Of a stretch of 64,000 nt of DNA, positions 1 to 12,270 are shown in pieces (positions within the stretch are counted from its first letter, which is position 1; each line of letters starts with the position of its first letter). Below the pieces are notes generated by a model, which was not told the origin of the DNA, ran no database searches, and saw nothing but the letters and a program-made list of their open reading frames with translations. The stretch is taken from the NCBI RefSeq assembly GCF_006345805.1, contig NC_043012.1:4216001-4280000 (forward strand). Direction: 5' to 3'. Position numbers and translations under genes: made by a program. The stretch is from Octopus sinensis. Its lineage: Eukaryota.

Positions 1-139
1 ATATATATTTCCCTCAGTATGTTTGCATGTGTTTGCATGATCCTTATGCATATTTTGTGTGTGAGTGTATATTCTCTTTTTGCAGTTTATATTTGGTGTA
101 TACATATTCATCACTTGTGGATAGGTCTGTTATCTTTTC

Positions 140-331
140 TCTCTCCCTCCCTCTCTCTCTCTCTCCCTCTCTATCTTTCTCTCTCGTTCTGATGTTCTTC
201 TGTCCCATATCTTTCTTCCTGCGTTTTTCTCTTTCCCCATTTCCTACATCTAGTGCCTTTCATCTCTCTCTCTCTCTCTCTCTCTCTTTTCCTTCCTTCT
301 CTCTCTCTCTCTCTCTCTCTCTCTTTTCCTT

Positions 332-377
<46 letters not shown>

Positions 378-378
378 A
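140..378. repeat. (CT)n polypyrimidine microsatellite
   Basis: Direct reading; explains the Leu/Ser-rich ORFs at 27-459. Confidence 0.95.
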
Positions 379-552
379 GCTTCACCAATGAATCACCTTA
401 CCGTGTGGGTTCACTTTGATGGTAGTGTAGCAGTTGATGTGTGTCAGGGGAAAGGATGATTGATGTGTACTATTGTTTTCTTGTTATTGATCTTCCTTCC
501 AGCTTCCATCCACCCACCCACTATGTCTCCCACCTACTCACACTACAACATT

Positions 553-1052
553 GTACCACCACCACTACCACCACCACCACCACCACCACCATCATCATCA
601 TGTTTGGTCTGTCAATGTCAGCTCGCCAACTAAAACATCTCTGGAACCCTTACCGACTTCTCCACACCTTCACAAATACTCTTTCTTCATACTACCACCT
701 CAGCCACCACCACCACAGGTTTCAGGTTCACATGTCACTTCTTTCTAATAGTGCTCTGTGCCACCATCTTAAACACTTGCACTACCACCATTAACCACTA
801 ACACTCCCACCACTGCCACTTTAAGCACACCACCACTACTACCACTATACCTCACACTACCAATCACACTCTCACCCCACCACCACCACCGACAACAACA
901 ACAACACTGCTATCTCTTTTAATATTCACACCACCATCAACACCGCTATCTCTCTAAATATTTGCACAACATCACCATCACCACTACTATCTCTTAATAC
1001 GCTACCACTTCCTTAAACACTTACACCACCAACACCACCACCACTACCACCA
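553..1052. repeat. Degenerate (ACC/ACT/AAC)n low-complexity tract
   Basis: Direct reading. Confidence 0.85.
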
Positions 1053-1459
1053 TCTTTTGTAGACCTGAAGATCCTTTCAGTTGAAGAAATGAGCAGAATC
1101 ACTTCAATATGAAGAAATCCTTGTATGTTACCTTGTAATCCCAAAGTAAAAAAAAAAACCCAGTTGGAATATGGTTGCATATGTGATTGATCTCTGTGTG
1201 CATGTGTGGTTGTGCATATACGTATGTGGGTCAAAAGAACCAGGACATTCTCTGGTTGTTTCATTACAACTTGGGACCTCTGAAAGAAGTGATGTGGATA
1301 ATGTGGTCCAACATGACCGTAAAATAACTGGATCATCACAATTGGCATGTCTTTGACCTGAGGTCAGTTTGTTTGGAGTTGATCGACTAAACAGCAACAA
1401 CAAAGTTGGCAATCTGTGTATCCTATTTAATGCAAATACATCATGGAAAGGCAAATTAA

Positions 1460-2030
1460 CTGCAGTATCTGTCCCGAGATACTATCTCTTATAGAGTATT
1501 AGAGAACATGAAAATATATCAGTAACAGATGGAAATCATGCAGCTGCAATGGTAGTATTACTAGATATGCATTTCTGCCTCTTTGGAGAGTCATCAGTAA
1601 CAAGAATGCACTGACAACCACATGCTAACACAAAGTCCATTGTCACTGATATAAGAAAATAGGTATTGAAAAACCATTGATATTGCAATTAGCCAGCTGG
1701 CTGAATAAAAATTCATTATGTGCAGCAAAAACCGTATTAGTTTAAAATAGCTATCTGAGTATCATTCTTAGTAAGAAAAAAGTTCATCCAACTCCCGATC
1801 CCTTGCGATTGTACTGAACACTTCAACTGGTCCTTCTCTCTGTCTCTTGCAACTCTCTTAAACTCCTTTCTCTTGTGCTGTTTCTTGCTAATAAGTGAGG
1901 AAGAGAAGCAGTGCTCTTAATCCGTGTATATCTTCCTAGATGTAACTGATGTCTGACCTGAACATCTTCAGTTAAATGTTTCAGAAATAAGGTGGGTAAT
2001 GAGGGAACCAAGCATCTGCTAAGAATGCTT
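1460..2030 (-). mobile_element. Decayed Penelope-like element 3' fragment (GIY-YIG endonuclease remnant plus hammerhead tail)
   Basis: Minus-strand frames give GQTS... and TRIK/EH across a 1-nt frameshift, resembling the GIY-YIG motif YIGQT-x-L-x-RIxEH, followed by KQHKRKEFK. A hammerhead core lies about 200 nt downstream. Confidence 0.45.
1558..1603 (-). ncRNA. Candidate minimal type I hammerhead ribozyme
   Basis: Minus strand: TTGTTA CTGATGA CTCT-CCAA-AGAG GCA GAAA TGCATA TC|TAGTAA. Stem I is 6 bp with 2 G-U pairs, stem III contains the ATGCAT palindrome, the triplet is AUC, and stem II has 3 extra nt. Confidence 0.55.
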
Positions 2031-2834
2031 ACAGCTGAGTGAAGGCACCAAGAGATTAGGTGCTGGTGTTAAACCTATCAGCTTGTTAACCCTTTCAATA
2101 CCAACCCAACCCAACCCAACCCCCAACTAGGGCTGTTTCTAGTTCTATGTTACAAAAACGTAAGGTTTTAAATTGTTCATAGTGTATTTTCTTGCACACA
2201 AGTCGGTGTGACATTTAGTTTAAGCATTCAAACATCATCACAGTCTTTCCAAATCCTGTTGGATTTCACATGGAATTTTCGATCCTCCAAAGTCTTAATC
2301 TATGTCATTTTACCTTTTTTTTTGGGGCTGTAAATTTTGGTTTGAAAATTTCTTGTATACTGGAAAACATGGCGCTTATATCAAAACTTTGCGCTGTAAT
2401 TTTATGTAAGAATCTTAAGTTACATATTCCAGACATCTATTGTAATAAATGTCAAAAAGTTATTAACTGAATTCCTTTAAATGTTAAATTGTTCAAAAAT
2501 TTTATTTGAAATTTGAAATGCATAAACAATGTGTTTAATTAGAATTATGATAATCTATATAGTGAGTTGAATTATAAATATCATAGAAAATATCCACTTT
2601 AAGAGCTCAATTGATAATGCCTTGTTAAACTCCAATATGTTATTACAAAGCAGTAAATGTTGATGGAATAAACTTGGATACAGACTCGGTTAAACTGATT
2701 GTTGAAAGCAACATATTTAGAGTCAAAAACAGAAGAGGATAGACTTCTCACCTCATCTCCACTATCTACTCCTTTGTAGCTCCTACTGATCTTTTTCTCC
2801 CTACTAAATGTGAATTGCCATGCAGCTCTTCTGT

Positions 2835-3130
2835 GGAGGCCCAGTGGTTAGGGCAGTGGACTCACAGTCAGAGGATTGCAGTTTTGATTCCCAGACCGGG
2901 TGTTGTGTGTGTTTATTGAGCGAAAACACCTAAAGCGAGGCTCCGGCATGGGGTGGTGGCGACCCCTGTTGTACTCTTTTGCCCCAACTTTCTCTCACTC
3001 TTTCTTCCTGTTTCTTGAGTAATGTTGCGATGGACTGGCATCCTGTCCAGCAGGGAGGAACACATACTCCATAGAAACCAGGAAACCGGGCCCATGAACC
3101 TGGCTAGGCTTGAAAAGGGCGCATAAAAAA
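2835..3130 (+). mobile_element. tRNA-derived SINE, family B1 (V-domain-like tail)
   Basis: A-box CCCAGTGG, B-box-like GTTTTGATTCCC, tail motif GCGATGGACTGGCATCCTGTCCAG, A-rich end; homologous to 5591-5899. Confidence 0.8.
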
Positions 3131-3923
3131 TGCAGCTACAAGAACCTGCTCTGCTCCCCTACCACTTGCATACTTTAACCCTTTGTCGCCCCAGCATAAA
3201 GATGACCACCCCCTCCTTCTAGATTCGTTGTCTTGTAAGCTGTGTGGTGACCTCAGTAGTGCTGGTGGCATAGAAAAAGCACCCAGTACATGCTGAAAAA
3301 ATGGTTGGCATGAGAGAGGGCACCCAATCTCTACTGTCTGCAAATATAATTCCCAGCTACTGTTTCACATTGTCCTGAGTGTGACTTTGCAACTGCATCA
3401 GATATTGGAGTCCTGGTTTGGAAGTTCCAGGATTTTGAGGAATGTGGAACCTCTTCTTAGCTGCCACTAATATTCCCAGGTCTTCTCTGATCTGGAGTAG
3501 TAGCACTAATCAGGACCCTGGCTATGGGTTAAATAACACGTAACCATCCAAGCCAGGGTACTTTGAAATCATAGGGTACAGCAGGTTGGATGTGAACTAT
3601 TTTCACAAATAAACTTATTGAGTCAATGCTGAATATCACTGGATGTTGAGTGGACGAACAGATTACAAACTGTCAACAGCATGGCCGCAGCCTTCGGGCT
3701 GAAACATTTTAAGGATTTAAGGGATCGACCAATTTTAGTTAGCAAACTGCTACTGCCATCTGCTGGTGTGGTGTGAACCAAAAGACTCAGACATTCATGC
3801 CTCATTGCCCATTCAGGACATCCGGTGAGGAAGAGTTGCACTGGTCCAGACAAGAAGTTGCCCACAGCCATGCCTGAACCTGTTATGTAGGTACATATAT
3901 ATATATATATATCTCCTTCCTCT

Positions 3924-4310
3924 TCATCGTCTAATGTCCGTTTTCCATGCTAGCATGGGTTGGACGGTTCAACCGGGGTCTGGAAAGCCAGGGGGCTGCA
4001 TCAGGCTCCAGTCTGATCTGGCAGTGTTTCTACAGCTGGATGCCCTTCCTAACGCCAACCACTCCTTGAGTCTAGTGGGTGCTGTTTACGTGCCACTGGC
4101 ACAGGGGCCAGAGGGGGCTGGCAAACGGCTACGATGGGATGGTGCTCTTTACGTTTCACAGACACGGACGCCAGTCAGGCAGGGCTGGCATCAGCCACGT
4201 TTGGACGGTGCTTTTTACGTGCCACCGGCACAGGTATCTTAACTACAATTTACATTTGATTTTTATTTTGATATATATAGATATAGATATAGATATATCT
4301 CATCAAAGCA
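3924..4310 (-). mobile_element. RTE LINE 3' UTR fragment
   Basis: CCATGCTAGCATGG hairpin, GGCACGTAAAAAGCACC subrepeats and (GAT)n-type tail; the same module is joined to RT coding sequence at 56.2-57.4 kb. Confidence 0.85.
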
Positions 4311-4562
4311 CCAAAGTTAAAATCTGGTCATAGAGTGACCAATGGTTTCACATCCATGAAAGCCGCAGGTTTGTAGACAGCTCATTAAATGCTTTACAAA
4401 TACAAATTTAACTCTTCATCTTTCAAAGACAGAAAGCTGTTATAGTCAATTGGTCAAAGGGTCATCAGAGAATAAAAGTACTGGCATTGGTGAATGCTTT
4501 AATACTTTATTGCTCTATAATTTAGAGTGCTTCTTATTCGGATACATGATACATTGACAATC

Positions 4563-4593
<31 letters not shown>

Positions 4594-5149
4594 TATATAT
4601 ATATGTACACACTCACACACACACACATCACATAAGCATGTGATTGACCAAACTATTGGATGTTGTTATACATTGCTGGTCACAATGTGTTTTGTATCAT
4701 TTTAGCTTTCAAATGATGCCACCCTGCTAACATTAGAGATTGGTGCCCTCCTTGGACCTCTCATATCCTGTCATAGCATCCAATACATGCCAGCATAAAA
4801 CATGGATGTTAAATATTGATGCCAATGATGACATTTTTATTTCTTACTTCATTATTCATAATTACATTTTCACAATAAATGTAATTACATTTTTCAGATT
4901 TGTAATAAAATTCTTGTTTTTTTTTTTTAATAATGCAATCATATTAGATTACAGTTAATTCGATACAGCTTTCAAATATTAAAATGTTCCTGCTCCCACC
5001 TTATTGTATTCCTGCAGAAGTTGATGATTGCTGAGCTCTGATTTCAGTGACTAAATGACTGACAAAAAAATTTATCAGTCTTCCAATGGCATCACAAGAA
5101 TTTCTGATATTCTTGCATGGCACAGTCATCATAATAAAGAATGAATGAT

Positions 5150-5325
5150 AGGCATAGGAGTGGCTGTGTGGTAAATAGCTTGCTTACGAACCACATGGTT
5201 CCGGGTTCAGTCCCACTGTGTGGCACCTTGGGCAAGTGTCTTCCACTATTACCTCAGGCCGACCAAAGCCTTGTGAGTGGACTTGGTAGACGGAAACTGA
5301 ACCAAGCCCGTCATATATATGTATG

Positions 5326-5376
<51 letters not shown>

Positions 5377-5570
5377 GTATATATGTTTGTGTGTGTGTGT
5401 ATATGTTTGTATATCTGTGTTTATGTCCCCGTAACTTAGCAATTCGGCAAAAGAGAGCATTAGAATAAGTACTAGGCTTACAAAGAATAAGTCCTGGGGT
5501 CGACTGGCTTGACTAAAGGCGGTGCTCCAGTTTGGCCGCAGTCAAATGACTGAAACAAATAAAAGAAAAG
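5150..5570 (+). mobile_element. tRNA-derived SINE, family A (CORE-like centre)
   Basis: TGGCTGTGTGG and GGTTCAGTCCC boxes, CACCTTGGGCAAGTGTCTT core, (TA)n(TG)n linker, tail ending GAAACAA-TAAAAG. Confidence 0.9.
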
Positions 5571-6050
5571 ATCTGACCTCTAACACCTGTGGAGGTACAC
5601 AGCCTAGTGGTTAGAGCAGCAGACTCGCGATCGAAGGATCGCGGGTTCGAATCTCAAACCAGGCAATGTGTGTGTTTATGAGCAAAACACCTAAGCTCCA
5701 TGCGACTCCGGCAGAAGGTAATGGCGAACTTCTGCTGACTCTTTTGCCACAACTTTCTCTCACTCTTTCCTCCTGCATCTTGCAGCTCACCTACAACGGA
5801 CTGGCGTCCTGTCCAGGTGGGAAACCTATACGCCAAGGAAACTGGGAAACGGGCCCTTAGAAGCCAGGCATGGCTTGAGAAAGCACAAACAAAAACAACC
5901 TCTCACGCCTACCCTACAATGTCACTTTGCAAATAAGCAATCATGTCAATGAAATCTTGACGCTTTGAGATAATGCATGATTGTATGAAAACAATGTCGA
6001 TAAATAAACATCACATTTGACAGAATAATCAGAATATCAGCGGGTTAAAT
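5571..6050 (+). mobile_element. Family K piggyBac-like MITE (partial, interrupted)
   Basis: Homologous to the K copies at 18.7, 30.9, 34.5 and 51.6 kb; ends GGGTTAA. Confidence 0.6.
5591..5899 (+). mobile_element. SINE family B1 inserted into a family K MITE
   Basis: A/B boxes and V-like tail; degenerate TSD CCTCTAACACCT / CCTCTCACGCCT. Confidence 0.85.
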
Positions 6051-6226
6051 CATTAACTGCAACTTCCCAACCATTGCCTTTCTTGTTGCTTTTCTTTTAT
6101 GTTTTTGGATATTTTCTTTTTTCTTTCTTTTTTTCTTTTGCTGTTGTTTTTCTTCTTCCATTAATCGGTCATTAACATCATTTCTTATCATATGCAACGT
6201 GGCTCTTCTTTCTTATATGTTTACAG

Positions 6227-6312
6227 CAGAGAAACCAATCCAGACAGCAAATGTGCAGACAGATGCAGTGATTGCAGTTCGGAATGTAGTGATAATGCCA
6301 CACAAGTATCTG
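6227..6312 (+). CDS. Candidate internal exon (phase 2 to phase 1): RETNPDSKCADRCSDCSSECSDNATQVS-G
   Basis: Pyrimidine tract plus TTACAG acceptor, open frame, CTG|GTAATA donor; the phase matches the exon at 9685. Confidence 0.35.
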
Positions 6313-7390
6313 GTAATAGAATTTTTAAATCATTCTTTTTTTCTGTAACGTAATACAACCATCAAAGAATTCTTTGATCTGAATCCTAGACTTAGTTGTC
6401 TTGTTTTAACCGAGGTTGGGTTGAGTTGTTCTGCTAATTTAGAGATTTGCAGACAGTTATTTAAATCATGGGTTTAATGCTGGAAACAGTCCCCACCTCC
6501 TCCTCTTCCTTTGAATCACTTCAGACATGAAGTAGAAAACGCTGTTTAATAATTTGTTTCCCATACCATTTTTAGTCACACTTGATTCCATGGGAAGACA
6601 AGACCAACTGTAGTAGTTGTAGTAGTAGTAGTAGTAGTTGTTGTTTGTCTTTTTTACCTTTTCTCAAGTGGCCTACCAAGGAAATTATGGACGTGTCCCA
6701 AGATGGATGTTTTAATCCACATATGATCCACCAGAAAGGCATGCGAAATGCCTTGCAGTATTCTCCCTGACTCTTCTTTATGTTCTGAGTTCAAATCTTG
6801 CTGAGGTCAACTTTTACATCTTACTGTTCTGGGTTCAATAATATAAAGTACAAATATAGTGCAATGAATTGGTGGGATTGTCAGAAAATGAGACAGAATA
6901 CCTTGTGGTGTTTGTTCCAGCTCTTTACATTCTGTGTGCCCAGGCAGATATGGTTAGTAAATCTGTATCTAGCTAACTGATGGTGCTATATATAAAAACT
7001 TACCCAAAGACAACATGAAACCATATTTGCATTCTGCCAGGAAAAGTCTGTGACAGTTACATAGCATGTGTCAGGGAAGGTGCCATGGATAACTTGTCAA
7101 CCTAATGGCATAAGGAAGGTGTGTGTTTGTGTGTGTGTGTGTGCACGTGCATGTGAATATGTCATCATCATCATCATCTTCGCTTTAATGTCCACTTTCC
7201 ATGATTGCATGGGTCAGATGAAATTCGTTGAAGCAGATTTTCTACATCTGTATGCTCTCCCTGTTGCCAGTTTTACTAGCAAGGTAATATTTCCACTAGT
7301 CCTTTGAATCAAAAATGGACAGCATGCTGGCTGGGTGGGCATGTTTCCAGGGAAGATCACGGATGACACCATTTCTATATAAATGGTGAC

Positions 7391-7806
7391 TTTACTCTTT
7401 TACTTGTTTCAGTCATTTGACTGTGGCCATGCTGGAGCATTGCCTTTAGTCGAGCAAATTGACCCCAGAGTTTATTCTTTGTAAGTCTAGTACTTATTCT
7501 ATTGGTCTCTTTTGCTGAACTGCTGAGTTACGGGGACGTAAACACACCAGCACTGGTTGTCAAGCGATGTTGGGGGTGGGGGGAAGGAAAGACACAGAAA
7601 CATATACACACACATACGTATACATATATATATATATATACACAATGGGCCTCTTCCAGTTTCCGCCTACCAAATCCACTCACAAGGCTTTGGTCAGCCT
7701 GAGGCTATAGTAGAAGACACTTGCCCAAGGTGCCATGCAGTGGGACTGAACCTGGAACTGTGTGATTAGTAAGCAAGCTACTTACCACACAGCCACTCCT
7801 GTGCCT
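7391..7806 (-). mobile_element. SINE family A, full length
   Basis: Reverse complement matches the family A head, core and tail. Confidence 0.9.
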
Positions 7807-8000
7807 GTTTACAATCTGCAAGTGATAACAAGACAAAGACGTACAAGCGCACACACACACACATACTCATACATATATGACAAGGTTCCTTTCAGTCACT
7901 ATCCACTAAATTTACTAACAGAGCTCCTGGTTCTTGGCTGCACTGTGGAACTGAACTTACTTTAGTTACTATGTTTGCATCTACGTATGCAAGAGGCACC

Positions 8001-8160
8001 CTATATGCTCTAGGAGTGATTGGCATTAGGAAGGGCATCCAGCTATAGAAACCATGCCAAACCAGACTGGAACCTGGTGCAGCTCTCCAGCTTGCCAATT
8101 CCAGTCAAACTGTGTAACCCATGCCAGCATGGAAAGTGGATGGTAAATGATGATGATGTG
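8001..8160 (+). mobile_element. RTE 3' tail fragment
   Basis: GGCATTAGGAAGGGCATCCAGCT...CCATGCCAGCATGG...(GAT)n. Confidence 0.8.
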
Positions 8161-8222
<62 letters not shown>

Positions 8223-8326
8223 AAACGCCGTAACGTATACTGAATGTAAAAACGAACTGGAGACAAACAGAAAGTCCATAATTCTTCATCAGTTATCGAC
8301 CACTGGTATTGTTCCGTTTCGTACCT

Positions 8327-8371
<45 letters not shown>

Positions 8372-8374
<3 letters not shown>

Positions 8375-8530
8375 TCATCTTCGTCATCATCATTTGGCAT
8401 TTGTTTTCCATGTTGGCATGGGTTAGATGGTTTTGACTGTTATTGGTGAGCTAGAGAGCTGTACCAAGTTCCAGTCTGATTTTGGCTTGATTCTGCAGCT
8501 GGATGCCTTTGTTAATGCCAACCACTCCAA
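8372..8530 (-). mobile_element. RTE 3' tail fragment (diverged)
   Basis: Same module in reverse orientation. Confidence 0.75.
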
Positions 8531-8680
8531 AAATGCATACATGTGTGTGTGCATGTAGTAGACATATGAACTATCTTGCAGGACATGTCAATGTTTTAGT
8601 GACTATTCAATTTGTCAGCTGCTGTTGAACTAAAGACAAACTATTCATTTTACTGCACAATATATATATAACACAATAAT

Positions 8681-8935
8681 AGGCACGGGCATGGCTGTGT
8701 GGCTGAAAAGCTTGTTTTTCAACCATCTGGTCTTGGGTTGAGTCCCACTGCATAGCACCTTGGGCAAGTATGTTCTACTATAGCCCCAGGCCAACCAATA
8801 CCTTGTGAGTGGATTTGGTTGACAGAAACTGAAAAAAATCCTGTTATATACATATTCATAATATGTATTTATATTTGTGTGTGTGTGTGTTTCAGTGTAC
8901 CCTTGTTTTGACATGTGATGATTGTACATGATCAC
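8681..8935 (+). mobile_element. SINE family A head/core with an alternative tail
   Basis: Family A head and core, then divergent sequence after the (TG)n. Confidence 0.7.
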
Positions 8936-9039
8936 AGGTGAGGGTATCTAGATGTAGAAAATCTGCCTCAACAAATTCTGTTTGACCCATGCTAGCATGG
9001 GAAAGTTAAATGATGTTGACAACGACAGGCACCCATGCC

Positions 9040-9432
9040 TACCCCCTTTGCTTGTGAAGACATGTTGGGGCAAGCGAAATCGAAATCGAATTGAACCAGC
9101 CAGGATCCCTGGTCTGGTGGTACGTAAAAAGCACTATCCGACTCGTGGCCAATGCCAGCACCGCCTCGACTGGCTTCCGTGCCGGTGCACATAAAATACA
9201 CCAATCTGACCGTGGCCGTTGCCAGCCCCGCCTGGCACCTGTGCAGGTGGCACGTAAAAAGCACCCACTACACTCACGAGTGGTTGGCGTTAGGAAGGGC
9301 ATCCAGCTGTAGAAACATTGCCAGATTAGACTGGAGCCTGTGCAGCCTTCTGGCTTCCCAGAACCCCGTCGAACCGTCCAACCCATGCTAGCATGGAGAA
9401 CGGACTTTAAACGACGATGATGATGATGATGA
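9040..9432 (+). mobile_element. RTE 3' UTR fragment
   Basis: GAAATC repeats, three GGCACGTAAAAAGCAC-type subrepeats, terminal hairpin and (GAT)n. Confidence 0.88.
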
Positions 9433-9600
9433 ATGCTGTTAACATTGTAAATGGTGTCAGTATATAAATCGAAGAATGGACAAAGGAACAAGTTGGTCAT
9501 TTCTGTATATTATTGCTGAGGGATAACTGTCTCCAGAATGTTCTACTACAAGGATAAAAGCTGAGATGTTACTCTCTTGCTCTCTTTTTCTTTCTCCTTT

Positions 9601-9636
<36 letters not shown>

Positions 9637-9684
9637 TCATTTTCTTTAAGTAGAAGTTCACTTTTTATCTTTCTCTCTTTCTAG

Positions 9685-9869
9685 GCCATCACATAAAACT
9701 AGAACCTGTATCTACAGAGAAAACTTCCAGTAATTTGTCTGAAGAACAAAGTAATTCTGATGATGGTGATGAGGATGATGATGATTCTGAAGAGGAAGAA
9801 GGAAAAAGCCTTCAGAAAGGCCATAGTCCTGTAAATCTATCTCTCACTAATTTAGCCGTATCTAATTAA
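9685..9869 (+). CDS. Candidate exon of an unidentified, probably nuclear, protein: (G)HHIKLEPVSTEKTSSNLSEEQSNSDDGDEDDDDSEEEEGKSLQKGHSPVNLSLTNLAVSN*
   Basis: Long pyrimidine tract plus CTAG acceptor; only one long open frame; acidic tract, IKLE SUMO-type motif and PVNLS motif; no match to repeats in the window. Confidence 0.55.
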
Positions 9870-10194
9870 TATTAAAATTATTTTATATCAAATATTGTTG
9901 TGTTTGTTGTTATTAAGTATTCATTTAAAAAAAAATTTTCTACCAGAAGATGGAAAGCAGAACCTATGTTCTCCAGGGCCTCCGAGATTGATGATGGTGG
10001 TGGTACTGCTGTTGCTGGAGGAGGAGGAACCGTGAGACAGTAGTAAGAAATAGCACATCATGGTATCATGGAATCGAATTATTCTCAGACTGGATCTCAG
10101 TGCTTGCTGTAGAATGGACATTGATAATGTACACCTGCACTAGGTGACATGTTGAACAATGCAGTTAATTAAGTCTTCCATACAAGATCAAGTA

Positions 10195-10500
10195 TAGCCA
10201 TTTAGGCTTCCACATAGTTTTGAGTGTGATCGTTACCAGCATCGCCTTACTGGCACTTGTGCCGGTGGCACATGAAAAAACATTCAAGAAAGGTCGTTGC
10301 CAGTGCCGCTCGACTGGCTCCTGTGCAGGTGGCACATAAAAAACACCATTTGAGCGTGGCTGTTGCCAGTACCACCTGACTGGCCCTCTTGCTGGTGGCA
10401 CATAAAAGCACCCACTACACTCTCAGAGTGGTTGGCATTAGGAAGGGCATCCAGCTGTAGAAACTCTGCCAGATCAAGATTGGAGCCTTGTGCAGCCATC
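10195..10500 (+). mobile_element. RTE 3' UTR fragment, 3'-truncated
   Basis: Subrepeats plus GGCATTAGGAAGGGCATCCAGCTG; stops before the hairpin. Confidence 0.8.
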
Positions 10501-10949
10501 TGAAGAGTACACGGTTACATAATCAGGATGTTATCTAACACTGTTGAACTCATATTACGAAACCAATTGGTAAGATCGCTGTTATCGATATATAATACTG
10601 TACACTTCAAACGCATAACAGCCATGAAAAATTAACAGAATTTTATTTCATTACACAAATGATTTTCGTGATAGTTAGGAATTAGAGATTGCAACAACAA
10701 AGTTTACGCACTGGAAAGAATATAAAATAGTTGATCAAAAAGGCTCTGTAATTAAGCTGCCAAGACAGGAGACGATTTGCACACTAGGTTCATACTGTTG
10801 AACAATAGAGGAATGTTGAGGTTGGTAAAATAATAACTGTTAAAAACAGCAAAATGAGTTTTTGGTTAACTTAACTACAGATGGTCACAACCTGTGTGGC
10901 AGGAGGTGAGACATGAAAATAAATCGACTCATCTCTGTGCAAACATGCT

Positions 10950-11290
10950 TTGCAACTGTTAAGATGCTGTTTCACCCAGTTAGTGCTAAAAACATGCCTT
11001 TTTTTAGGAGACTTAGTTAATTTTTGGCTCAATAAGCAAAAAGCAAGGCCATGTAGGGGGACATGGAGTTATGTACAGGGTGGTGTTCATGTAAAGAGTT
11101 CAGGCCACTTGAGGTCAAGGGAGACTTTGAACAAAGCGGTCGTCAGCATCTTCACCATCTCGTCTGGCAGCTTGTTCCACGGATCCGCAACCCGGACAGA
11201 GAAAGCCCCTCTCCTTCGATTGAGATGAAATCGTCGCAGATAGAGCTTTTCGGAATGACTATTCTGTAGGTTTCTAGAATGATCTATCAC
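10950..11290 (-). mobile_element. CR1/L2-clade LINE 3' end
   Basis: Minus ORF HSEKLYLRRFHLNRRRGAFSVRVADPWNKLPDEMV...FKVSLD matches the CR1 C-terminal GHxxKL...FSxRVxxxWNxLP...FKxxLD pattern. Confidence 0.85.
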
Positions 11291-11497
11291 ATGTTTTTGG
11301 CTGCTGATTGGTTCATTACTTGGTTGATCACATGAAAAAGCTGTTACTAAACTGTGATTTTAACTTGGCAATTCATTGTTTTGGTTTTGAATCTTGCTGC
11401 AAGGATATGGGTTTTTTTTTTTTAATTAAGACTGAGGCTAAGAGTTTGTCTTGTAACTCAAGTTTCAGTTTTGATGAAAGAAAAACTATATACCCAA

Positions 11498-11692
11498 ATA
11501 GATAGATAGTTAGATATATAGAAAGATAAATAGATAGAAAGATAGCTAAACTGATAGATATTTAGATATATAGACAGATACATAGATTGATAGATAGTTA
11601 AATATATAGAAAAATAGATAGACATAGATATTTAGATGTATAGACAGATAAATAGATAGATAGATATATAGACAAATAGATAGTTAGATAGA
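11498..11692. repeat. Degenerate (GATA)n tract
   Basis: Direct reading. Confidence 0.85.
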
Positions 11693-11869
11693 AAAAGAGT
11701 GAGTGCAAGAGAGAAAATTTTATCTGAGATGACAGGATGGCTGGAGTTACATGAGTGAAATTTTAACATTCTGATTGTAGACTAGAAAGTAAAAAAGGGG
11801 AAAGATTCTCAGAATGACAACAGGATTTCAAGATGACTAAATCTAACATCTTTTTTTAGAGGGGTTTAT

Positions 11870-12220
11870 TTCTTTTATCTGCTTCAGTCATTGGACCACA
11901 GCTGGACTGGGGGCACTGACTTGAAGGGTTTAAGTTGAGCAATCAAGTTCAGTTCTTATTCTTCGAAGGCTGGGACTTATTCTATTGGTCTCTAAGTTAC
12001 AGGGACATAAACAAACCAACAATGGTTGTCAAATGGTGGGGAACAAACACAGGCACAAAGACTGTGACACATGAGGAGCTTCCAAACATCCAACTTCCAA
12101 ATTCACTCACAAAGTTACCATTGTAGTTGAAGATATTTGTCCATGGTGCTGCACATTGGGGTTGAACCTGAAAGCACATGGCTGCAAAGTAAGACCTTAA
12201 CCACACAGCCATGCCTCTGC
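11870..12220 (-). mobile_element. SINE family A, diverged
   Basis: Recognisable tail, core and head. Confidence 0.7.
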
Positions 12221-12270
12221 CTTTTTATATATCATTTTTATAAATTTGTATGGCAGCTCCTTGGAAGGGT

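Noticed and set aside
1013-1454. Minus-strand ORFs of 108-111 aa
   Set aside because: No recognisable domain; probably decayed retroelement sequence, and I could not assign the clade.
2580-2790. Coding-like fragments (IDNALL..., ESKTEEDRLLTSSP)
   Set aside because: They need frameshifts or weak splice sites to join, and I recognise no family.
4309-4374. Exon-like PKLKSGHRVTNGFTSMKAA segment
   Set aside because: The acceptor lies in RTE-derived sequence, is a weak AAG, and its phase does not fit the 6227 exon frame.
8220-8325. CTGATGA and GAAAC on the minus strand
   Set aside because: They are in the wrong order for type I and there is no stem II pairing for type II.
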